Assembly (NCBI GenBank): GCA_965655095.1
Contig: OZ296657.1
Span: 13,268,001 to 13,332,000, forward strand
Direction: 5' to 3'
Length of the DNA stretch: 64,000 bases
Source of the DNA: Haplodiscus bocki
Lineage: Eukaryota
This document shows, in pieces, positions 40,548 through 49,487 of the stretch. The notes under the pieces were generated by a model. It did no database searches. It was not told the origin of the DNA and worked only from the letters and a program-made list of their open reading frames with translations. Numbering within the stretch: position 1 is the stretch's first letter; every line of letters starts with the position of its first letter. The translations under genes and the position numbers were made by a program.

Positions 40548-40696
40548 TGGGTCGTACCCGGTGGGAGTGTAAGACCGGGACAATCCCTGGTCCGGCTAAA
40601 GCAAGCTTTTTTGCCTAGACCGTGCATCAAAAATCAGTTTAATATTGGAGGTAGGCGGTGCCTACCATGCCAGATATTAAGCTGACAAGAACAGAT
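40548..40696 (-). ncRNA. U2: U2 snRNA 3' portion (nt ~38-186) downstream of the retrotransposon insertion
   Basis: ATCTGTTCTTGTCAGCTTAATATCTG..Sm site..stem-loop IV CCCGGT-CTTACACTCCC-ACCGGG..GACCCA. Confidence 0.93.
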
Positions 40697-43600
40697 GAAA
40701 TATTTGAATTAGTATAAATAAAACAAAATATACGAGGTAAGTTTTTTTTCAAACACTGGTTAGAATCATACATTTACAAAAGTAAATATCAAGAAAAATG
40801 GGGTTTGAGTTTTTGTCAGAAAAAGTTTGATTAATAGATTTGCGGAATTCCTGTCAGATGTTCTGCGGAGATGTTTCGGGAATGGTGGATGACAAGAGCT
40901 GCGGCTTTGCGAGTAAACGTTGTGATGTCCTTCTTGCTGCGGATGAACTTCTGGAGCACAGGGTATGAGGATCTCGAAAAACTGCCCAGAGTACCCAGCT
41001 GGATTGTGGCGATTGAGGTAGAAAATCCACTGACTTCATAGGCTCGTTTCAAGTTCTCATATTTCACTTGCATCTGCTGAGCATTCCATTGGAAAGTTTC
41101 TTGAGATTCAGCAGATACTTTGATGTCAATGATGGCAGCTTCTTTGGTCTGTTCGTCCTGCACAATGATGTCCGGCTGCATGTTTCCAAAACGTTGCTCC
41201 TTCAAAATTCTTAGCCGATGAGGAAACTGAGAGGCTAGAAGGTCTCGGACATCGTTGTGCCGTTTAATGATTTTCTTCCTCATCACGCTGCAGTTACTTA
41301 ATGTATGATTTAGGGTCTCACGGTCGGCTTGGCATTGACGGCAGTTTTGATTTTCAGGAAGATGATTCCACACAAAGTTTGATCTTACAGGGACTAGATT
41401 TAGCCTTGCGCGGTGGATGAATCTGAAGTCGCAGAGTTTTGTATGAAAGTTGAAGACTGCTTTAGTTGTTTGCGGTGTTTCGGCCAAAGTCCTCCAGAAT
41501 CGTCCTTGATTCGGCGCCCGTTGTATTTCTTTCAAACTCTGTTTCTGCAGGTATCGGGTAAGAACAGGCCAAGGGTCTCGGTACTTGGCGCCTTCTATAG
41601 AAAGCGTGACACTGTCCTCCAGCATGGTCAGTTCGACGTCTGTGTCCAGGTACTTTGCTAGTCTTCGTAAGCTTCTGGCTGTTTCCTTGATTGTATCACC
41701 GTACCCTCTCACGCTACCACTGTTGATTGCGTCTATAGCTTCTTGCAATGTTTTGTCGTCGAGTAACACGCGCTTTAGGTATTCGCCAAATGGTCCTGTT
41801 GTATTGAGGCTTCGGATGAAAGTTTGGAGAGTCATTTTGCTTTTGGCGAGAACTAGATCTGGCAGACCGGGACCACCATACATGCGATGAAGATGCAGGT
41901 ATGCCGTAGCAGCCCTTTCGGGTAGGTACAAAAGTCGTTTGGTCATTCTCCGAAATTGTCGATTCATCTTCTCCAGTTGGGTCATTGTGCTGTTAGAGTT
42001 CTCAAGCAAGTGGAACAGCATCGGGTAGATCTTTATTCGCAGTGCATGCAGTTTTTGCATTGGGGTCAACTCTGAGCATTCAATTAGTTCAGCCATGCGG
42101 AATGTTTTGTCGAAACACGAATCCAGTCCTTGGATTGTTGAGGGGAACGCTTCTGTACCAAGGTACTTGTATGCCCTGTCATCTTGGACCTCGGGAATGG
42201 ATGTTCCGTCAATGTCCAAAGTCAGAGACCTCAGATTCGCTACACCACACTTCTTTGCATTGAAAGAAAAACCAAGACGTTTTGCCAATTTCACTGTTCT
42301 GTTGAAAATGTCTTGGACCTCACTTTCTTCGTCTATGATGATGGCCAAATCATCCATATATCCAAGACAAACTGAGTTGGCCGACGTTGCTTCTTTGAGT
42401 ACGGGGTCCAAAACCAGATTAAAGAGGAGACCACTTAATGGGCAGCCCTGCTTGACACCGCGTGTGACTGGTACTGGTCCTGCGAGTTCTTCTCCTTCAA
42501 CGCTCACAGGCGTTGTCTTGCACCCCGCATATCTTATCAGCTCCACTATCCACTGGGGACAGTTGCACTGCTTTAACGCCTCGAAGATTAGCTTCTGGTC
42601 TACACTATTGAATGCATCTGACAGGTCCAGATAGATTACTGTCTTTTTCTTCTTCAGAGCGTTCCCAACTGCCAGTGTGTTTTCAGAGACACCACGTCTT
42701 CCAAAAGCAGCTCTTTGGCAGAAACCAATGCCTTTATTTACTTCAAGCCATTTGCTCAAGCGTTTGTAGAGAATGGAGGCGAGTAGCTTGTATGACACGT
42801 TTGACAGGGCTATTGGTCTAAAGCAGCGAAGTTCTTTTTCTTGACCAGCTGTGTACTCCTCTGGCTTCTTGAAGAGCATCATACTATTGTATGATTTCCA
42901 GCAGGACGGAGTTAAGCTGCTATAACCCATCGCATGTAGACCTTCAGTAAAATTCTTTGCGAAAACTTTTTCTTGTCTCACTTTGTCATAAGTCCATCCA
43001 TCTGGTCCTGGGGCTGAGTTTTTGTGTTCTAGTGCTCGTTCAACTTCGTACACTGTGAAACGACGGGCTAGGTCTTCTCGTCCCTCATTGCATGGCAGCC
43101 AGTGTCTTGTTGTCAAAGATGATGCCCCGTTGTTGTTTGGAGCACTCAACTGCTGTAACAGGCCATAGCGAAGATCTATCTCATCGACTTGACAAATGAT
43201 TTCAGGTACAAACTCGATGCGTTTCAATGCCGCTTTCATATCTTTACTGTAAAGTTTTTGTAATTCTGCAGCAGTCATCCTTGATTGCTGATGATGTGTC
43301 CTTCTCGCAGTGTTCCGTTTCATCTTTTCTTTCGGAGGCAGCAAAGCATTCAACCATTCGTCACATTCTTCGCCTTGCCAATTCAGATCGTTCTCATGTC
43401 TTTCATAGCTGTCGGGATTGACGCTTTCAGCATCGGTGTCATCTAGCTCTGCCAAAGGGGTACTAGAGACTGTACTAACAGATAGCAAGTCATCTGCTGT
43501 TTCGGCCACCGCCACAGTTTCTTCTATCGGTAACAAGGGCAAAGGAGGAGCAGGGGGTGCTGGTGGTAGTGATGATGACGCCGGTGGAGGAGACAGCCGC

Positions 43601-44107
43601 GACTTGGATGCAAGAGTAAGGGTTACCTTGCATTTACGTCTGTGACTACTCAAAGCCTTCTGAGTCCCAAACGAGCTGTTGCAACTGGGACATGGGTAAG
43701 TAGTCACCTGCACCGACGGGTCCCCGAAATGAGAACCTTGATGTGTTGTAGCTTTTCTGCGGTCACTTGTCAGGAACTTACAGTAAATACACTCAAAAAC
43801 CAACTCGTTTGCTTCTCTGCATCCAGGATCGCTCTGTCTGCAGACCCTCGAGTGTCGAAAAACGTCTCTCTTGAACGCGGACTCTTTGATGGCTCGGTCA
43901 CACGCCACACAGATTAGTGGAAAAGCCACAGGGAACGGCACCACTGCAGTTTGGCCATCGAAAATGAAGCTCGACATCTGCACGGCTCGACACGTGAGGT
44001 TGAAGCTGTCTCACTGCTCCTCCTGTCTTCTTGGACACTTCCTGCTGTCGTCTTGCTGTAGCGTCAGGAAGTAGGCTCGTCTTGACTTCAAGCTCGACAA
44101 AGAACAC
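40697..44107 (-). mobile_element. U2-targeting RLE non-LTR retrotransposon (Utopia, NeSL group)
   Basis: Single ORF inserted in U2 after nt 37/38 (GTAGT(A)|TCTGTTCTT), same orientation, no poly(A). Confidence 0.9.
40831..43977 (-). CDS. Intact non-LTR polyprotein (~1048 aa): three N-terminal Zn fingers, RT, CCHC, restriction-like endonuclease
   Basis: CVAC..H..C, CIYC..H..H, CPSC..H..C; SAPGPDG, FRPIAL, LDLSDAFNSV, GVKQGCPLS, YMDD, YKYLG; CRQC..ETLNHTLSNC, RHN, QPDI..IIDIK. First ATG at 43977 (the track starts at GTG 43983). Confidence 0.95.
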   Translation of the reverse strand: MSSFIFDGQTAVVPFPVAFPLICVACDRAIKESAFKRDVFRHSRVCRQSDPGCREANELVFECIYCKFLTSDRRKATTHQGSHFGDPSVQVTTYPCPSCNSSFGTQKALSSHRRKCKVTLTLASKSRLSPPPASSSLPPAPPAPPLPLLPIEETVAVAETADDLLSVSTVSSTPLAELDDTDAESVNPDSYERHENDLNWQGEECDEWLNALLPPKEKMKRNTARRTHHQQSRMTAAELQKLYSKDMKAALKRIEFVPEIICQVDEIDLRYGLLQQLSAPNNNGASSLTTRHWLPCNEGREDLARRFTVYEVERALEHKNSAPGPDGWTYDKVRQEKVFAKNFTEGLHAMGYSSLTPSCWKSYNSMMLFKKPEEYTAGQEKELRCFRPIALSNVSYKLLASILYKRLSKWLEVNKGIGFCQRAAFGRRGVSENTLAVGNALKKKKTVIYLDLSDAFNSVDQKLIFEALKQCNCPQWIVELIRYAGCKTTPVSVEGEELAGPVPVTRGVKQGCPLSGLLFNLVLDPVLKEATSANSVCLGYMDDLAIIIDEESEVQDIFNRTVKLAKRLGFSFNAKKCGVANLRSLTLDIDGTSIPEVQDDRAYKYLGTEAFPSTIQGLDSCFDKTFRMAELIECSELTPMQKLHALRIKIYPMLFHLLENSNSTMTQLEKMNRQFRRMTKRLLYLPERAATAYLHLHRMYGGPGLPDLVLAKSKMTLQTFIRSLNTTGPFGEYLKRVLLDDKTLQEAIDAINSGSVRGYGDTIKETARSLRRLAKYLDTDVELTMLEDSVTLSIEGAKYRDPWPVLTRYLQKQSLKEIQRAPNQGRFWRTLAETPQTTKAVFNFHTKLCDFRFIHRARLNLVPVRSNFVWNHLPENQNCRQCQADRETLNHTLSNCSVMRKKIIKRHNDVRDLLASQFPHRLRILKEQRFGNMQPDIIVQDEQTKEAAIIDIKVSAESQETFQWNAQQMQVKYENLKRAYEVSGFSTSIATIQLGTLGSFSRSSYPVLQKFIRSKKDITTFTRKAAALVIHHSRNISAEHLTGIPQIY

Positions 44108-44137
44108 CTGATCTCAGCCAAAAGGCCGAGAAGCGAT
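44067..44137 (-). ncRNA. U2: U2 5' end (nt 1-~30) followed by a diverged U2-like leader
   Basis: ATCGCTTCTCGGCCTTTTGGCTGAGATCAGG-TGTTCTTTGTCGAGCTTGAA..GCCTACTTCC. Confidence 0.85.
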
Positions 44138-44235
44138 AAAACAAAAATATTCTATCTCCACATATAATTCACAAATGTAACTTCCATCATGCAGTTTTTC
44201 AAATTCGCACAATCTCAGCTACCCCAGCTATGACC

Positions 44236-44590
44236 GCTTTTCAAATTTATTGCTTTTGCCCGCATTGGAATTATCCTTCTGAATATCGTTGCAACCAACT
44301 TTTGAACTTCCGAGATTTTTTGCTGGAAAAGGTCGTTATTTGTCTGATCATTCAATTTATGCTCGATACCTAATTTTTTGATTTTCTTTTGTGTTTCATA
44401 ATTTTGTATGCTTTTCCCACTCAAAATCTCTGTTTCATCAACATTAACAGATAGTTGAGTGGCATCGCAAAAACACTTTACTCTGTCAAATAAGGTTTCC
44501 AGAGATCTACTTTTAACGTAACAAGTTTTATCATCAGCATAGGCTGAAACTTTAGTGACAAAATTGGTGTTTATAAAAGGGTCGTTATAG
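44236..44590 (-). pseudogene. L1/Tx1-like non-LTR RT fragment
   Basis: KVSAYADDKTCYV..FCDATQLSVNVDETEIL..IKKLGI. Confidence 0.75.
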
Positions 44591-44597
44591 GGTAGGC

Positions 44598-45330
44598 AAA
44601 ACAACGTGTCCTAAAACGTTCACTCTTTGAGGAAGAAGAATGTTTTTTCCTGAGCGGGTTTCAGACCGGCTTCCCTCATTAAATTGTGGTACTCGTGGAT
44701 ACTCAAGAGCATTTCTCCTTTGTTTTGTGATTGCATTATAGTGTCGTCTATGTAGGTTATTGTTGTCTTTTTTTTTAATCAGCGGCTCGAAATGGATTGT
44801 CATTAGTCGGCTGAAAAACTTAGGTAATCCACATAGTCCATAGAACCCTCCGATATATGTGTACTGTCTACCACCAATGATAAAGCTAGTCAGCTTCTGG
44901 GTTTCAGGACTCAGTGGTACTCGATGGTATGTGCAGGATAGACCACTGACAGAAAAGAATTTTTCGTTTACTCAAGATCATTTGTACAGGTTATAGAGGT
45001 CACGAGTAGTTAGTAAGGTCAGTGACAGATTTTAGGAATCGAGCTTCTATGACTTGTTTCATATAGTCGCTTTTGTGCATCAGAATGATGCGGTTAACAA
45101 ACAGTGATCTCATTTTGTCATTGTCTCCCATTTCTCGAATAATAATTTCGTCATTTAGTTGAGTTAAGGGTTTCTCCAGTTTTTTTTAAGTGCAGTGGTA
45201 CTTTGCTAGGTGTCTGCTTTTTCAATTCTACACTTGGTTTCAACTATACATGAAACTTTTGACGAATTTTACCAACGTCGAACTTGTGTTGCGAGTAGAC
45301 ATACCTAGAATCAAATAACATGTCGATAAG
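44598..45330 (-). pseudogene. pol: pol: RT N-terminal part
   Basis: YSQHKFDVGK, KVPLH, YHRVPLSPETQKLTSF, ITYIDD, FLGHV; resumes at 39542. Confidence 0.9.
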
Positions 45331-45629
45331 GAGAGTCACCTTTTCATCGGTAATATCAGAGAACTGGAAGCCAAATTCCTTCATGTATTGCACAAGTTCT
45401 TTCGGCTGGTATTGTAAATAATGTTCAATCAGATGATTGTTATAATCTTTATCCCGAAATGTAAGAAACTGTTCATCGCATGTAGGCTGACAAGATTTAG
45501 CTTCTCTAGTGAAATCCGTTTCCAAGTCTCTGCCGTGCAATAGAACTCTTCGCTGTACCTTTCGATTTCGTCGTCAGCTTAGAAGTCGAGGTCTCCTTCT
45601 GAGGACAAGGCATGTACTCCATTTTTTTC

Positions 45630-46056
45630 TAAAGTGTAAACTACTATTCGAATATTTGAGTCGGCGAAAAAATCCTTAAGTAGTTTTACAACATCTTGCC
45701 AGTTCATTTGATCAAGTCCGCATCCAATTGTAGGAATTGCGATGGCCGAGATTCCATACAATCGTGCATGGGACTTCATTTCCTCTAGAGTTAAAGATAA
45801 GGTACGTAGGTTAGGTTCTTCAGAATAATAAGTTTTCGTCACCAAATTGTAGATATATCGGTTCCCAACGTGGTCCCATAATTGAAAGGTTTGCCCTGTC
45901 AATAATTTTGTCCGTCTGCATGCATCTCGAAGTCCAAGAATCTGTTGAGAGCAGGTCGGCGAACCCTTTGCTCATCTTAGCATCGGCTGAGATGCAAAGC
46001 CCAATGGAGTGTGGTTGTTGCAATGTTGAGTCTTTGGTACCAAGGATAATTTGTAA
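45630..46056 (-). pseudogene. TARG1/OARD1 (Poa1p-like) macrodomain within pol, one frameshift
   Basis: SIGLCISADAKMSKGFA..RYIYNLVTKTYYSEEP..LEEMKSHA..IAIPTIGCGLDQMNWQDV..IRIVVYTL aligns by eye with human TARG1 (SLAHCISEDCRMGAGIA..RYIYYLITKK..LEAMKSHC..MPRIGCGLDRLQWENV..ITVYTL). Confidence 0.9.
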
Positions 46057-46499
46057 ACAATCATCTGGAGATTGCGCGGGAATTTTTGAGTGTAAAAGAA
46101 AACAGTCATTGCATTTGTTGTCACTAGTTATTATGGCATTGGTTAACTCATAGGGGTTCCTGATTTGGTACTTTGGTTCTTTTTTATTGACTACTTCCAA
46201 AAACGAAAATCCATTTCGTCCTCTAGGGAGCCTTATCTGACGGTTTTTGTTAGTTTCGATCAGTATTGGGAGAGTGGGTTCAGGCTGAGTGCATATGATA
46301 TCAACAAAAAAAAGACCAGTCGACACCGCTTCCCTGTTGGGTTGAAAAGTTGAACCAGGAGGGATGAGAGACTTAGGATCTCCAGGCGAGTACTTCCAAC
46401 ATCTTGCTCTTTTAGCGTCAACGTGCATAGTATAAAGCAACCGGTTTGTTAGAATTCGAGAAACATGAGGAAAGCTTTTGTTTTGGTGAAGATTTCCAT

Positions 46500-46840
46500 A
46501 ACAGAAAGTTTTTGGAGGCTGCCATAGTTCATTACCGGGTGAATTGAAATGAATTCCGGAAGTCTGGTTCTAACAGAAGTCCATCCCGAGGAGGTATTAA
46601 GTTTTCGTTTTCGGAATCCAGACAGTTAGAGGAAATGAATATTCACCATTAGGGTCTTAAGTGAACTCTATAGTGGCGTAACCGATCATTAGTACTATTG
46701 GCTCGAATAAGTTTTGGTTAATTTATTGATTCTCTGCACCATTTTAGGATGTGGGAATTGTGAAATCTCCCAGAAAGTCCGATAAATGATGATCGAGCAG
46801 GAAACTCCTGTATCCAGCATGAATTCAATTTCTAGTCCAC
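46500..46840 (-). pseudogene. pol: pol: aspartic protease
   Basis: IEFMLDTGVS at 46801-46830; LLGMDF at ~46575-46595. Confidence 0.85.
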
Positions 46841-46986
46841 TATCTTTTTGAGCTTCTCCGGTGGCGAAATAGAAAATATTAAAGCTAAGTGTTCAACTCC
46901 TGGTGCCATCGGAGTCAGACCTCGGAGACCTCATCAGTTTAACGGGCAGAGGTCGGACAATGCATTGACTGAATCGTCTGTTGTGG

Positions 46987-48380
46987 TCAATCGAACTGCA
47001 TGAGAACTAGGTTGGTCATTCGTTTGCGAAAATCGCTGTTCATAGGGGACAAAACTACCGGATTCTTGACTGCTGGATCGTCAAAATATTTAATTATTGG
47101 GCCTACTAGACCGCCAGGGCTGAAACTGCCGGCTCGGCTGTGAGTCTCGTCTTGGGCCAGAAGGAGAGCATGGATTGGTTCCAATATTTTGCCAGGTTCC
47201 TCTCGTCGGCGTTCCGGGAGAACCATTCCTGTAGTAGTTGTCATCATTCCTGTTAGCGAACTGATTCTGGTATCAATCAAACGATGGTCCACGACCAGAA
47301 CTGAATGAATTGTTTCTGGACGGATTACCCCAAATAATTCCTACGTAGAATTGTGTAGTTTCTTCGTAAGTCGCTTGTTGTGCGTCGGTTGTGTCCCTTC
47401 TAGCTTGATTTATGCTTCCAGCATTGTTATGAATGAACTTTCCAGATCCATGACTAGGTCCTCGGCGTTTGTTGTAATCGGTCCTGAATGTTAAGCGTTT
47501 TTGAGCCATCTTCCCGTTCTGTACTTTTTTGATTTCTTCATCCCGAATTTTCTTCCTACACCAGCTTGGAGTGTGTCCGTTGGTGTGGCAGTAATTGCAA
47601 AACTGCGTGGCGTTTTGTCGGCCCTTTTGGTTAGGGTCGGGTTGTCGTGTATTCTTCAGTGCAATTTCTCGATTGTCCTGTAGCCCGGAACGCAGATTTT
47701 TCATTTCTTGGGCCAGTGAGGCCAGTTGGATTTTGGTCTGTTCCTCATCATTGAGGAAGTTCGAAGAGACTTGATAACTTACGTATCGTTGGATGATTCG
47801 TGTGGAGAAATTGTTCCATTTTGCGTTAGGATTTTCCATCAAGTATTCTTGTGCTTTTCGTTGTAAGTATCTTGGACGAAGTCCTCGTAGAGTATAATCA
47901 ATGTATCAATGTCGCCTTTGTCTCCCTTGTGCTTGACGTGCTGCAGCTCTATCACCTTCTGCAATACCTTTCATGTCAGCAGGCCATCCTTTGTCGACAA
48001 TATTCTTTATTCGATGTAAAAAAACTTCTGATTTCTTCTCCGTCGCCTCGCACACAGTGTTCTACTTCCATTCTGTGACGGAATTTAATCCATTCGTCGG
48101 AAAAATTTGTTATGAATTGTTCCCGTGTGGCTGCCCAACTGGTGGCATTCTCGATATTATTTTCATACCACTCTGCCGCTGGTCCTCGGAGTATAGAGGA
48201 AAAAAGTGACTTTTTGCGAAAAGTATAACTAACCAAATCATCAAAATCCGCGGGTGCATCACCTAATGCGAAGTTTATTTTCCTTTCTATAAGTTGGACA
48301 AAAGATTCAGCGTCCTGGTCGGGATCAGTGCCAGAGAAACTTGTCTAAGGCTAAATCGGGGTATGCGAGATGACTGCTAG
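46987..48380 (-). pseudogene. gag: gag, frameshifted
   Basis: FSGTDPDQDAESF..LRGPAAEWY..; zinc knuckle CNYCHTNGHTPSWC (CX2CX4HX4C). Confidence 0.9.
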
Positions 48381-48474
48381 CCAAAATTTTATTGCAGTCA
48401 ACTTTGTAAGACAGGTGATCCATTAATCCACCATAGACATGAAGTTGGAACTCGTTTACGTGGGGTTCTGGAAA

Positions 48475-49450
48475 CTAGTAGTAATTCAGTAGCGCCGTTG
48501 CAACAGATTTCAACAATGGATGAGGTTCGTCTATTTCTAATAGTTGAGAAGCTGTAGGACTCCTTTGTTGAGGAATTTCTACACGTATCCAAAAATCAAA
48601 AATGAAAGTCCACTTTAGGTATATGATATTACCGGTAAAAATTTCGTTGATTGTAGTGATGGCCCATGAGCAGTTAAACGGTTGTATTTCGTCAAATCCG
48701 TCATCAGCGAGAGTATTCCAAACAACTGAGATTTGGTTGGCCGGATGTGGCATTCAAATGTGACTGTTGAGTTCTTTAATGAGTTGCAATAGTTGAACTA
48801 CAGATAAAAGATATACGGGTCCCAAAATTAGAATAAAGATAGCAAGAGATAAGAAGTACAGGATTATTATCAAATTGCGTCTCATCCGAAAAAATTGGGA
48901 TAAGAGGATACCAAAAGAAATGAATTTTTCTGAGATGGGGAGGTCCGCGTTTCCGAAACGATCTCGTACGAGGTTACCCAAAGACGAAAGATCATAAGTT
49001 TTGTAGGATGTTGCGTCCCGAATTGCAAATAGGAGGTGATATAATTTGCCGTTTAAATCACGTCCCTTTTTTTGATGAGCAGGATAGGTAAATCGTCACT
49101 CGTCAAATATTAAGAATCACAAAGCTGTCCAATTATGATTCGTTCCAATCGTATCACAGCGAAAAGATAAGGTGGTGTCAAAAGTAGTGCCACTACTGTG
49201 AAAAAGGAAAAATAGAGCGCCACAGTTAAGCCACGTCCTATCCAAGGTGGGTCTAGTTAAACTCTCAAGTGATCACTCGGAGAAATCCGGTGTCTATTTA
49301 TGGAATTCAGTCTCACCAGCACCACGAACAAAGATCCAATTGAGATTATACCATTTACAGTTAGGAAATTGACCAAAACTGAAACTAACAGGCCAGAAGA
49401 AAGTAGCACAATAGACTTGAAAAACTCGTGAACTTCACTCGTAGCATCAT
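48475..49450 (-). pseudogene. Pre-gag membrane-protein ORF(s), decayed
   Basis: Several hydrophobic segments including two homologous 30-aa TM motifs; ORFs 48754-48981 and 48475-48753 are in frame (TGA-ATG). Confidence 0.45.
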
Positions 49451-49467
49451 CAAAGAAAAAAGAACTG

Positions 49468-49485
49468 CCTCACTGGTCGCACCAA
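49468..49485 (-). other. Primer-binding site
   Basis: TGGTGCGACCAGTGAGG starts ~3 nt after the 5' LTR; tRNA species not identified. Confidence 0.7.
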
Positions 49486-49487
49486 TT

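Noticed and set aside
40831-43983. R2 element in 28S rDNA
   Set aside because: The flanks are U2 snRNA; no rRNA sequence is present.
41413-44074. Plus-strand ORFs overlapping the non-LTR ORF
   Set aside because: Antisense shadows of the long coding frame.
49468-49485. Assigning a specific primer tRNA
   Set aside because: Needs the host tRNA set; no confident match from memory.
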